64,000 nt of DNA from Bilabrum cf. latius. Taxonomy: Eukaryota. The notes under the pieces were generated by a model. It did no database searches, had not been told where the DNA came from, and saw only the letters and a program-made list of their open reading frames with translations. The DNA lies in assembly GCA_965178125.1 (NCBI GenBank), contig OZ237772.1, positions 1 to 64,000 of the forward strand. Reading direction: 5' to 3'. A program made the position numbers and the translations under genes. This document shows, one piece after another, positions 51,958 to 64,000 of the stretch; positions within the stretch are counted from its first letter, which is position 1, and each line of letters opens with the position of its first letter.

Positions 51958-53131
51958 CCGACACGCAGCCCCTTTCGCAGTGTCGGGGCCACGATCAAAG
52001 GCTGGTGGGAGGGAGGGCGGGATGGGTTTGGTTCTGGCGATTCCAGCGTTCGGCCGCCATGATACGGGATGCAAGGTGTCCACGGTGCCGCCGCTTGGAA
52101 GGCATGTCTCGCTATCCAGTCGCGGAACACGGCCCGAGCGACGCCGCAGCCGGAGCTGCAGTTGCGCTGAGGGAGAGGCTGCGGTCAATGCTTGTGGCTG
52201 TTCGCAACAGCCCATCGCGACCACTCGTGGGAATGGTTTCTAATTTCGGTGCGAGGCTGTCGCAGTATATTTTGTCTATCGACAATCGCCGATCGGGGAC
52301 ATGGGGCCAACACAGTTGCCCCTGCTCAAGCGCAGTACTAGGTTGTCCTGCGTTCTTCCCCCCGCCTCCCGTCCGTCCGTCCGCCTCGAACGGCTACTGT
52401 TCCCAACGCGTGCCCTCAATGCCAGAGACCTAGGAGAGCCTCACAGAATACAGAATACATTTGTACCCCACTGACCTCAGTGAGGTCACCTCACCGGGGG
52501 AGATCTGATATTTTGTAAATCAGTATATCGCAAAATGTAATCGTCATGGTATTAAGGAGACAGAGTCTGATTCGTTGTTGACGTCAAATGAGATGATAAG
52601 CGTCTGTGCGATGAGGATGGCTCTGCGAAGAAGGAGAACGCCGCAACACCTTGTCCGTAGGTGGGAAGAGGAATTGTAGCGTTAGACATCGTAATCTCCA
52701 CGGAACTACATCGAGTCTCTCGAGATCACTCGGGAGATCCCAGTGGCTAAGGAACCCCGCCGTGGAAGGGCTGTAGTGCCGCTGGGGCTTCGAGTGCCTC
52801 GAGTGCGGTTCCTGGAGAAGGGACTGCCGGTGCAGCTGCGTGTGCCTGCCAGGCTGGGCTTGAGCGACTGCTACGGGTGCTGCGACGTGAACCGCTGCTC
52901 CTGTGTTCGCCGCCGCTGCTTGCTGCCGAGCCCGTTCCGCGGCCTCTCTCCTCTGCTCCTCCTCCAGGGCGATCCTTTTGTCGATTCAACTCAAAAGCGC
53001 ACGCCTCACCCGTGACACATTGTTCGGTAATGATTGACCCTATATCGGATTTAGTGTTCCGATTTTTCCCTCACTCGCATCCGTCGGGAATCTCTTGGGA
53101 GTAACCTTACACAACGGGCAATTTATCCTTG

Positions 53132-53570
53132 ATGGAATTCGTTGCTCGATGTGTCGCCTCTCTTAAACCCTCCGTTGCACACAGGGGGGTTGTTGGTGTT
53201 GCAGGCGTCGCTCTCGGTTTGGTTTTCGGGTCTCTTTTGTGCACACAAGGGGGGCCACTTTCCGGATGGCATGCATCAATGAGAGCTTTAGAGCCTGCAA
53301 CGCAAGTGGTTACCTAGCACCCTGCGGAGTGGCCAGCATGCATCGATCCAGATGGCCAATGGTGCCTCGAGGCTTCCTCAGCGAATCGCGAGGAGTGGCA
53401 AAGAGCAACGCAGCACAAGACCGTGATAGCATGTTTGGCGAGAAGTTCTACTTTTAAGCTGCTGAAAAATACTTTGCGGCAGCTCTCTTCGAACTTCTAT
53501 GGACAAGGCGTGTGTGACCGCGACGGCATCTCGTGGCCCGTGCACCCCCACCCGATAGTAATCTTCCAGG
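53132..53570 (+). pseudogene. GT15 copy 2, 5' part (interrupted by insertion)
   Basis: Near-identical inverted copy of 29804-29366, broken at PIVIFQ. Confidence 0.88.
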
Positions 53571-54254
53571 TCCCGATTTGTTATAATACGATGGCATAAT
53601 TAATCTCTGTCCAACCTGCCGGTTGGTATTTGCTGAGAAAGACGGCGATGGGGACGGGGTGAGCTGGCCCGCACCAGCCTCACCCAAGGGCTGCCCGCCT
53701 CGGCAGCCCCACACCACCACGTCCCGGTCGTCGTCAGGGAACGTGAGCTCCCTGCCGGCAGGTTTGATATCAATCACACATAAAACATGTCAAGCAGGGA
53801 CCAGTTGGCCGGATCAGCAGGTAGCATCCTGCACCGCAGCCAGTCTGTCCTGCCGTAGACCCTCCATGAGCTCACGGGTGGGCGGGCTTTCAACAGAACT
53901 CCAGTGCCCAGATCTTTATATCTGTGGCGCTGCGTGTTGCGTCTCAGCCTCCACTCGAGCACTTGCCTCAAGGGAAGTGCCTCGGGAGCACAAACCAGGA
54001 CCCGAACGACTCGGAATCAGTCGGGCCTGATCCCAAGTCTTACCGGGTCCCGATTTGTTATAATACGATGGCATAATTAATCTCTGTCCAACCTGCCGGT
54101 TGGTATTTGCTGAGAAAGACGGCGATGGGGACGGGGTGAGCTGGCCCGCACCAGCCTCACCCAAGGGCTGCCCGCCTCGGCAGCCCCACACCACATTGAT
54201 GCTACTCGGACGGGAGGGGCGCCCGTCCGTTGTCCTCTCGCCATTCTGACTCAT

Positions 54255-55150
54255 TCCTTAGAGCTCCGCTACTGCCTTCTTGAACGCCACAGCCAGCTTG
54301 GGCAAGTGGTCCTTGCTCATGCAGTACACGGCATTCTCCAACGACTTCCAGTCGGCGTGCTTGTACATAACACCCACGGCGGCAACTGTTGCCTGTTCGC
54401 CTAGAGTGCGTGCTGAAGGACTCCGTGATCTCGCTCGTGCCCGTGCAGTACGCCTCCATCATCCTCCTGATAGCTGTCGTCCAGCTTGCTTACCAACGCT
54501 TTGTTGTCTTGGCGTCCGAATTCACGAACCGATAGGTCTTGGAGTCAGCAGGGTCGTCGCCGCAGCCGGCTAGTCTACTGCAATGTCCCCCAGATCGTGG
54601 TTCGCTGATGCACCTCGTCCAGTCGCTTCAGTGCGGTCTGGCCCATTGGGATGAGCACTGCCTACAGCGTGTCCCTTACAGCTGTTGTCTTCCAGAGAGA
54701 GAACATGGCCATATATGTGCACTTGCCCTTGTACATCATACTCGCGTCATCCATGGTCCGGGACCGCAGCTCGTTGCCGCGACACGTGCCGCCGATGCCC
54801 ACTAGTGGAGCCTCGAGGGCAAGGATCTCTTCGGGTTTGCCCGCCTTGGGCCCGCCGTCTGTGACCATTGCGGTGCTCCATCTAGATGATGGGAGCACGC
54901 TTCTTCCGGTTGCCCACGTCGTGCAGCCTCTTGTCCCTGCCTACCATCACCGTGTTGGTCGTTCCGGATGTGTCGGGGGATGGAGATGCAGCCCGTCACG
55001 TCGATATATCTCGACACGTGGAGAAGGTTGACCTGAGCGTGGAGCCCTGGAGATTGCCGCGCTCCATGCGCAGCACCATATGGGCAGGGATCCGGTCAAG
55101 ATTCTTGATCGCCTCCGCAATCGTGGTGCCGTTGGGGCCGAAGTCTATCA
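54255..55150 (-). pseudogene. Frameshifted tyrosine recombinase
   Basis: Ordered motifs across frames: GTCRGNELRS (R box), LWKTT (K), FSTHSRRTG (HxxR), ADWKSLENAVY (W...Y). Confidence 0.65.
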
Positions 55151-55414
55151 ACAGTCTACCTACTGGACGACGCGAAGCCACTCGCGCCGGCTCGCCAGGC
55201 TGACATCAACCGCACTGCAGCGTATGGCAGGCGCACCCAAGCGCCATCGAGACCAAGCAAGCCCAACTCTGTGGCAGCCGACGCGAAGCAGCCCACCCCG
55301 GCTCGCCTGGCTGACTTTGACAGCAAGGCGGCCACTGGCAGGCGCGCACATGCGCCATCAAGCCCCAGCAAGAGCAAGTATACCCATAATGCACTCTGAT
55401 CCCTCCAGCCTCAG

Positions 55415-56590
55415 AGTCTGCACCACGATGTGCTCTGCTCTCACCAGCCTCATAGTCTGCACCACGATGTGCTCGGCTCTCACCAGCCGCAGAGTCTGCA
55501 CCACGATGTGCTCTGCTCTCACCAGCCGCCGGGCCTGCACCACGATGTGCTCTGCTCACAGCAGCCGCAGAGTCTGCACCACGATGTGCTCTGCTCACAC
55601 CAGCCGCTGAGTCTGCACCACGATGTGCTCTGCTCTCACCAGCCGCCGGGCCTGCACCACGATGTGCTCTGCTCACCTTAGCCGCAGAGTCTCCTCGTCG
55701 TCATCACCATCAGATACCTCTGCCCGTTTCCCACCGGCGAGCCCTCGTTGAATAGAGCCTACGGCGTCAACCCTAGTCGCCTCGGCAGAGCTGCCCTATA
55801 AGAGGGCAAGACGCACATCCGGAGCGGGAGGAGAGGCAGCTGGCATCTACAGCGAGGCGCGCTGCTCACAGCAGCCGCCGAGCCTGCACTACGAAATGCT
55901 CTGCTCACACCAGCCGCTGAGTCTGCACCACGATGTGCTCTGCTCACACCAGCCGCTGAGTCCGCACCACGATGTGCTCTGCTCACAGCAGCCGCAGAGT
56001 CTGCACCACGATGTGCTCTGCTCTCACCAGCCTCATAGTCTGCACCACGATGTGCTCTGCTCACACCAGCCGCTGAGTCTGCACTACGATGTGCTCTGCT
56101 CACAGCAGCCGCAGAGTCTGCACCACGATGTGCTCTGCTCTCACCAGCCTCATAGTCTGCACCACGATGTGCTCTGCTCTCACCAGCCGCCGGGCCTGCA
56201 CCACGATATGCTCTGCTCACCTTAGCCGCAGAGTCTCCTCGTCGTCATCCCCATCAGATACCTCTGCCTGCTTCCCACCGGCGAGCCCTCGTTGAATAGA
56301 GCCTACGGCGTCAACCCTAGTCGCCTCGGCAGAGCTGCCCTAAAGAGGGCAAGACGCACATCCGGAGCGGGAGGAGAGGCAGCTGGCATCTACAGCGAGG
56401 CGCGCTGCTCACAGCAGCCGCCGAGCCTGCACTACGATGTGCTCGGCTCTCACCAGCCGCAGAGTCTGCACCCCGATGTGCGCTTCTCTCACTAGCCGCC
56501 GGGCCTGCACCACGATGTGCTCGGCTCTCACTAGCCGCTGAGTCTGCACCACGATGTGCTCGGCACTCACCAGCCGCAGAGTCTGCTGCC
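55415..56590. repeat. 39-bp minisatellite blocks inside the element
   Basis: gtctgcaccacgatgtgctctgctctcaccagccgcaga units in three blocks, separated by a duplicated ~200-bp spacer. Confidence 0.92.
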
Positions 56591-59310
56591 CCCTCGTCGT
56601 CATCCCCATCAGATACCTCTGCCTGTTTCCCACCGGGGAGCCCTCGTCGAATAGAGCCTACGGCGTCAACCCCCGAGGCCTCGGCAGATCTGCCCTATAA
56701 GAGGGCAGACGCACACCCGGGGCTGAAGGAGAGGCAGCCAATAGGTCTCCCGAGAGTTGATCGGTTGTACGCAAAGCAGAGCTGGGCGGGGCTCGTAAGT
56801 GCCGCACAGCCACCCCAGCGTGGGACCCGCTCGACGGTAGGAGTGTGGGTCCAAGCCCATCTTTCCCCCTACTGTCGGCTATATCCCTTCTAGGAACGGA
56901 GCTGGAAGACGATGACGAAGAAGCATTACCTGAGGCCCCGCCCCGGCCAAGTACTTGTGTCGCGGCGATGCGGCTGGCCCCACGTCTGGCAGCCAGCGTC
57001 GCCTTGGCACGTTCAGCAGCGGAATCTGGCTCACGGGTGTAGGTCACGCTCTCCTGCTTGATCCAGCTACAACCTCAGCGCTCAACGGTATAACACTGCT
57101 GCTACGGAGGCCTCGAGCGAGGCGGCCACCAGCCCCGTCGTGAGTGTGGCCTCCTCTATCACTCCGGTTTGCGCGTCCTCCAGCTTTACTGCGTGTGCCC
57201 GACACGTCAGGCCCGCCGGGCGCCCGCACTCCGTGGGTACCCTAGACAGTCTATGGCAGGCGCACACTGGCGTTCTGAAGACCAATCAAGCCCAAGTCGA
57301 TCTACTAGATGACGCAAAGCGACCCGCCAAGGGCTCGCCAGGCTGACATCCACAGCACGGCGGTCCGCAGCAGGCGCACGCTGGTGCCATCAAGACCACG
57401 TCCTCCCAAGTAAACCCAAGATGGCGCTGCACTCACCAGCCGCAGAGTCTACACCACGATGTGCTCGGCTCTCACCAGCCGCAGAGTCTGCTGCCCCCTC
57501 GTCGTCATCCCCATCAGATACCTCTGCCTGTTTCCCACCGGCGAGCCCTCGTTGAATAGAGCCTACGGCGTCAACCCCCGAGGCCCCGGCAGATCTGCCC
57601 TATAAGAGGGCAGACGCACATCCGGGGCTGAAGGAGAGGCAGCCAATAGGTCTCCCGAGAGTTGATCGGTTGTACGCAAAGCAGAGCTGGGCGGGGCTCG
57701 TAAGGGCCGCACAGCCACCCCAGCGTGGGACCCGCTCGACGGTAGGAGTGTGGGTCCAAGCCCATCTGTCCCCCTACTGTCGGCTATATCCCTTCTAGGA
57801 ACGGAGCTGGAAGACGATGACGAAGAAGCACTACCTGAGGCCCCGCCCCGGCCAAGTACTTGTGTCGCGGCGATACGGCTGGCCCCACCTCCGGCAGCCA
57901 GCGTCGCCTTGGCACGTTCAGCAGCGGAATCTGGCTCACGGGTGTAGGTCATGCTCTCCTGCTTGATCCAGCTACAACCTCAGCGCCCGAGGGTACCCCA
58001 CTGCTGCCGCTACCGGAGTAGTGGCGCCGGCGACGTCGGAGCACTCTCCCCGCCCACGTCGGCGTCCCTCCTGAACCGGGCGCTGCTGCCGCCGCTTTCG
58101 TTTTTGCGCTATGGAGGATTTCCCCGCTGCGGAAAGCTCGAGGACGGCGGCCACTACATCATTTGCGAGTATGGCCTCCTCCATCACCACGGTCTGCACG
58201 TCCTGCAGCTTGACTGCGCCTTGAGCCCGACACGTCAGGCCCGCCGAGCACCTGCACTCCGTGGGTGCCCTTCCCACCGGCTCGCCAAGCTGCCCTCCAC
58301 AGCAAGACAGTCTATGGCAGGCGCACACTGGCGTTCTGAAGACCAATCAAGCCCAAGTCGATCTACTAGATGACGCAAAGCGACCCGCCAAGGGCTCGCC
58401 AGGCTGACATCCACAGCACGGCGGTCCGCAGCAGGCGCACGCTGGTGCCATCAAGACCACGCCATCCCAAGTAAACCCAAGATGGCGCTGCACTCACCAG
58501 CCGCAGAGTCTACACCACGATGTGCTCGGCTCTCACCAGCCGCAGAGTCTGCTGCCCCCTCGTCGTCATCCCCATCAGATACCTCTGCCTGTTTCCCACC
58601 GGCGAGCCCTCGTTGAATAGAGCCTACGGCGTCAACCCCCGAGGCCCCGGCAGATCTGCCCTATAAGAGGGCAGACGCACATCCGGGGCTGAAGGAGAGG
58701 CAGCCAATAGGTCTCCCGAGAGTTGATCGGTTGTACGCAAAGCAGAGCTGGGCGGGGCCCGTAAGTGCCGCACAGCCACCCCAGCGTGGGACCCGCTCGA
58801 CGGTAGGAGTGTGAGTCCAGGCCCATCTTTCCCCCTACTGTCGGCTATATCCCTTCTAGGAACGGAGCTGGAAGACGATGACGAAGAAGCACTACCTGAG
58901 GCCCCGCCCCGGCCAAGTACTTGTGTCGCGGCGATGCGGCTGGCCCCACGTCTGGCAGCCAGCGTCGCCTTGGCACGTTCAGCAGCGGAATCTGGCGCAC
59001 GGGTGTAGGTCACGCTCTCCTGCTTGATCCAGCTACAACCTCAGCGCCCGAGGGTACCCCACTGCTGCCGCTACCGGAGTAGTGGCGCGGCGACGTCGGA
59101 GCACTCTCCTTGCGCCACTTCCTGCACCGGGCGCCGCTGCCTCCGCCTTCTCCTGCGCGATTGAGAAGTTCCACGATGCGGAGAGCTCGAGGCTGGCAGC
59201 CACCAGATACTTCACGAGCTGGGCCTCCTCCAGCACTACGGTTTGATGTCCTCCAGCTCTACGGCGTCCGTGCTCGACACGTCAGGCCCGCCGGGCGCCT
59301 ACTCCGTGGG
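56560..59310. repeat. Three ~0.9-1.06 kb tandem internal duplications
   Basis: Near-identical ORFs at 56658, 57563 and 58624 (MTYTR.PDSAAER...). Confidence 0.92.
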
Positions 59311-60126
59311 TGCCGTTCGCCTCGGCCACCCGGTGGCTGCCGCCGTATCCACTGCCCCAGTTATTGCCGCGTTCTGCAGGCTGATGAGGTGCCGCATCGC
59401 CGTCATCTGGAGGAGGTCGCACGCTAGCTGCGCACCTGTTGGCGTGCCGTCGAGCATGGTCCACCGGAACACCCGCACCATCAGTGGCGCCTCGTCGCCT
59501 TCGGCGGACCGCCCTAGCTTAGGGAAAGAGTCGACCATGGCTGCTACCGCCTGTGGCCGTGGTTTCGAGCTCATTTCTGTGAAGAGAACTAGAGTGGGAG
59601 CCATGCTGACGAGAAAATGATCTCGCCGGCGTTGCTGTGCCTGGTCCGCGGTCTCGCATGACTTATACGCGCATTCCGGTTCCGCTAGTGCTTCCTTGCA
59701 TCCACAAAAGGTAAGCTTGGCTGCGGCTGCGGCTCCCAGGCCGTCACGGATGCGGCACGAGCCGGGTCAAAATTTTGCGGTTAACTTCAGATACCCCGGG
59801 AACTCGCTACCGGCCGCACTTTGTACGCCCTCCAATAGTTCGTTAATAGTTCAAACCAACATTCGCACTAAGAGTGATACGCTAAGCAGGCGAGTACGCA
59901 TGGCGTTGAGTTGCAGCGTGAGTGTTGGCATTTCGGACCCGTCGGTGGCCAACAGTCGGTAAATTCCAGAGAATTCGTGGGCACCACCTTTCAACAGAAC
60001 TCCAGTGCCCAGATCTTTATATCTGTGGCGCTGCGTGTTGCGTCTCAGCCTCCACTCGAGCACTTGCCTCAAGGGAAGTGCCTCGGGAGCACAAACCAGG
60101 ACCCGAACGACTCGGAATCAGTCGGG

Positions 60127-61033
60127 CTTCCAGGACTACGACGCATAGTTCACAGATTTGCAGCAAGAAGAGCTGCGACAAGCAGCAAGTATTCGGAACG
60201 GTTCTGAACCAGGGGCGGAGGCGGTCCGAGCACCCGTAGTGTTCGCGAATGTCGATATTCGAACCCTTGCGCCCGCAAGCGTGCGCCATAAACTGGAGGA
60301 ACCTGCTCGTAAGCTTGGGTACAAGGGCATGTGCGATTTTTTCGCTGGGCATTTCTTCGAGCACGTGGCCATGCGCCCATTCAAGTGGTACATGCGTCTG
60401 GACGATGACCTCGCCTGGCTCCCGTTCGACAAAGGGAGGTGCAGAGGGCCGAGCCGTGCTGCGGCCCGGGCAGGGAGACCTGCGTAGCCGACGGGCAAGC
60501 CGGAGGCAGATTTGCTGACCAGGTTCAGGGAGAGCGGTTTGCCCTACGCATACGGTGCATTCGCTGTCGAGTAGCCGAAGTTTGCGACCGATCTGTGGAA
60601 GACGGCATCGGCGTTCGCTGCCGTCCACACAGACATGCTGGCTTTGAACCAGTCCGTGATGGTTTCGTTAGCCAAAGTGCCACCGAAAACTACCAGCCTG
60701 CCGGGCAGCTGCGAAGGCAAAGCGAACATAACGTGGTGGGACGATCAGAACAGGGATTGGGACTTCAACCGGAGATACATATACAACAATTTCGAGATGG
60801 CGGACCTCGACTGGCTGCGATCCAACGAGTACAAGACGTGGTACAAATTTGTAGATGTTGCCGGGGGAGTGTGGAAGTACCGCTGGGGCGACGCTCCCAT
60901 TCGCACTCTCGGTGCGGCCATGCTGCTAGGCCCTAAGCGAATGCTTCACGTCCCCCAAGCTACGTACCGCCACCAGGGAATCAAAGTTATTCCTGGCCAA
61001 CCTGGCCTGGGTTGCGTGGACGGTGTGCTGTGA
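60127..61033 (+). pseudogene. GT15 copy 2, 3' part
   Basis: Resumes at FQDYDA, includes RWGDAPIR and ends at TGA. Has an extra TAG at 60572 where copy 1 has GCG. Confidence 0.88.
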
Positions 61034-61966
61034 CAGCGCAGCAGCGGCAGCTTGGCGGATCGGTGCAGCGAGTGGGCGGCCGTCTACCTATGCGCGCCAA
61101 GTAAACACTTCAAGTTATGAAGGTGCAGCGTTCTCCACACCGAAGGCAGATGCCGGTAGGGAGTGATCGCTGGAGAGAAGCACGGGTATCGTCTGAATGC
61201 AAGATGTGCATCCAGCTTACGGGCTCAACAAGCGTCTTGGCGCTTCTACGGGTCTGCCGTGTGGTACAACGTGTGGCAGCGGTACAAACAAGCCCTTTAG
61301 GCTGTTCAGTTCCAGAATGTATTGCTCAAATTCTCCATTACTAGCCAAACGTAGAATAAGGATTGGCGCACGCCGCTGTGTGGCTGCATTGCACTGTACA
61401 CGCGCACAAAACCAACTGTAGAGACTAGTGCCGCATCCAACCCAAAATTCCAAACGTACCTCTTGCTGGCTTAAGGGGGCTAAAAACGTCTTGTCGTTGT
61501 TCGCTGCCGGTGTGGCTGGGGTGGTGAGCCGAGTCTCTCATCATCGCTGCTCTGATCGCGGTCGGCCTGCCAGGGCAGGCCCAGCGCACCCATCATGCTA
61601 GCACTTCAGTCCGTGCTCACGAGCTGCGCTCGCCTGTCCTCCGTTCGCCTATTGTAAGCTTGCCTATGAGGTTGCAACCGCCAGTGCGACCAAGATCACA
61701 CTCAACGACGTCGTTCCCGAGGCACGAGCCCCGGTGACGGACTCGGGGGCGGTCCCTGCCTCCGGGGATGGCGGTGAGATCACCAACAGCAGCAAGCCCC
61801 CTCTTCCCCCTGCACTATTTACCGCCCCAACGGCGTCCAGGCGTGGCAACCCTCGCCCGTTGACTGCAAGCAATGTCCAAATCCGGCCAGGTGCAGCAGC
61901 TCGTGCTCACAGATGACTATGCCGAACGCCTCGAGACTTTCCCCGACGAGGAAGCAGGTTCTCTTG

Positions 61967-63139
61967 TCAGCTGGTTGTAGGTGCTGTCATATTGACCGTA
62001 TTGTATTCACAGTCCCACAATGGAGTCGGAACGCAGCTGATGTACTTACACCAATGGCAATACTCCGTCACATCATGCTCCAAAGCCAAGGCTATGCACA
62101 TTCCACCCAGTAAGAAAAAGTACACTGCGAGGCTTCCCCATGCTGCACAAATCTAACAAGAGGACCGCTCCTTTCCTCTCACAAGGCAAAAGCACCCCAG
62201 GAGAACGCCACCAACACAACCAAACGCATGTGCGAAATTATCAACGATTGGGACTAGACCCAATCCAAGGTTTACCACAGTTACGACAGCCAGCACAAAA
62301 AAATCTTTGAAACACCCCCCGGCGCCATACTCATGATCTGGACTTGAAACGACAGTGTACCAGTTCTGGGCAAAATCTCCCCATTGTGAGCCGAGGATGC
62401 CAAACATTGCCCCAGATGCACCGACCGTGATCTTGGTAGGTAGCAGCACCGCACTTGCCGCAATCGACAGGATCCCTGAAGCCAAATATATCGGGGCGAA
62501 CCGCACCCAAGAGGCATTGCGCTCAAGCTAGAACCCATGCTTGCAAAGAATCCAGGAGTTGCATCCAAGGTGTACGACGCCAACGTGCAAGAATAATGGG
62601 GTGATCAGTCTCCAATACTCCCTGTTGAGTACAATCAGTGGAGTGTCCTTCGCGCCCGCAGCGACAAGAACACCTATCGGTGGTCCTATCATGGCATTAT
62701 CCACCAAGGGGGCAGCCTTGAAATCAGCCAGGTAGCACTGAAACGTGAAGCCAGCGAGCATCCCGACGAACATCACAATCCCGAACCACGGAATCGGCTG
62801 AAGTACATGCTACTCGGCTGGGGGTGCCGTGGAGTCTGGACCAATCCTAGCTGGAGCAGCTGCGGGGGCTGTTGGACTTGGATTCCGGTGGACTTGGGAT
62901 CCGTTCAACAAGTTGGCGCTCCGACTCTACACCTTGCCCAGGAGAGGTGCATTTTCACCCATACTGCCTCCTGGTACGTAAATGGGCTCATGGGGCTGCT
63001 AGTTTGCCCATAGAATAGTAGCACTCTGCGCAATTTGCTAGTTCTGCCTGTCTGACGTACTAAATATGGGTGGGGACAACTTGAAAGGCTCGTCATGATC
63101 ATCTGGATCGGGTCCCAGCCGCCACTGGCCCGCGTCCAT
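61967..63139 (-). CDS. Rhomboid serine protease, copy 2
   Basis: Core near-identical to copy 1, including TAG positions, with a divergent N-terminus. Ends at TGA. Confidence 0.88.
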
Positions 63140-63387
63140 TGTTCTGGAGGCGCAGTCTGATTTCGAGGTTCCAGTGCTCAATACAACCTCACGACAAGGT
63201 TTATTTCGGTTAGACAAATACTATACCCCGTGTGCCTGCCCCGCTGTCGAGCTCAATCCAAGTTGATGGTCAGCCGAAATTAATCCGTGTATGCCCAGAC
63301 GCAAGTTTTGTCCAGTGCTCTGCTGAATTCGGAGCCGCAGCCAAAAAAATTTCTAGACCTCTACCCATGCTTACAAACACACAAATA

Positions 63388-64000
63388 TCAGTCCATGGAA
63401 GCCTGTCCAGCTCCCACGCTACTACCGCGGCCTTGCACCCATCCATTGGCTGGCAGGCCCTACTAAAAGGCCGAGCCCACCCCAGCTCCCTTCGCTCGAG
63501 GCGAGCCCAGCGATGATGACCCATTCCAACTCTCACTCCCACTCCCCACCATCCCACTCCTACCCCCGTCCCCATCCCACCCACCACGATGATCCCCGTC
63601 CATGGCAACCACCCGCTCCGCCGCTGCCCTAGCCAGTCCCTCGGGCAGATAGCTCCTCTCCCCCAGCGCGCTCCGGTCGAATGACCCCATGATGCTCAGG
63701 ATGGGGGCCTGCCCTCGCTGCTGTGCGACGACACGGGCCTGGGCGCCGGGCACGGCCAGCGACGATCCGGACCCGGAGCCGGAACCTGCCCCCACCGCCC
63801 CCATCGCAGCGGAAGGGACCCTGCCCTCTGCGTTCCAACGCCCCAGCATGCGGGCAAGTGAGGCCGGCTGGGCGTCCATTCGAGTCAGCCTGAGCCCGCC
63901 CTAGGCCAGGGTCCGCTGTGCCTGCCGCTGCACCTGCACCCTGTTGCGGGAGGCAGCCGGACTCAGCGCTGGGGAAGGTGGGCCGCCCGACGACGGCATG
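63388..64000 (-). CDS. 3' end of a low-complexity protein gene, probably extending beyond the window
   Basis: Frame open from the window edge through TAG 63901 and TAG TAG at 63460-63465 to TGA 63388. Confidence 0.5.

Larger units (their letters stand above)
53571..60126 (-). mobile_element. Degenerate tyrosine-recombinase element with split direct repeats (Ngaro/DIRS-like or Crypton-like), 6.56 kb
   Basis: Repeats 53571-53717 = 54048-54194 and 53887-54025 = 59988-60126. Flanked by cttccagg on both sides. Absent from GT15 copy 1. Confidence 0.8.

Overview
This is the left chromosome end of a compact, intron-poor eukaryote, probably a stramenopile flagellate (inferred from the NOG2 signature). 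It opens with about 970 bp of (CCCTAA)n telomere. A dense block of housekeeping genes follows, many head-to-head: ABCG/PDR, GH31, MCM7, mL53, CFAP141-like, NOG2, RRP9, BolA, bL27m and a rhomboid. From about 28 to 63 kb lies a rearranged accessory zone with glycosyltransferase genes, two oppositely oriented 88-bp satellite arrays, hAT remnants and a hAT MITE, and a tyrosine-recombinase element with split direct repeats inserted into a duplicated GT15 gene. The main finding is a variant nuclear genetic code. TAG occurs in frame in most genes, including at invariant Gln positions (MCM7 ME[TAG][12 protein letters not shown][TAG]PS), while every gene I could trace ends in TAA or TGA. TAG therefore appears to encode Gln and is decoupled from TAA. 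The supplied ORF track fragments the real genes for this reason. Family assignments come from motif recognition by eye, and some start sites are approximate.
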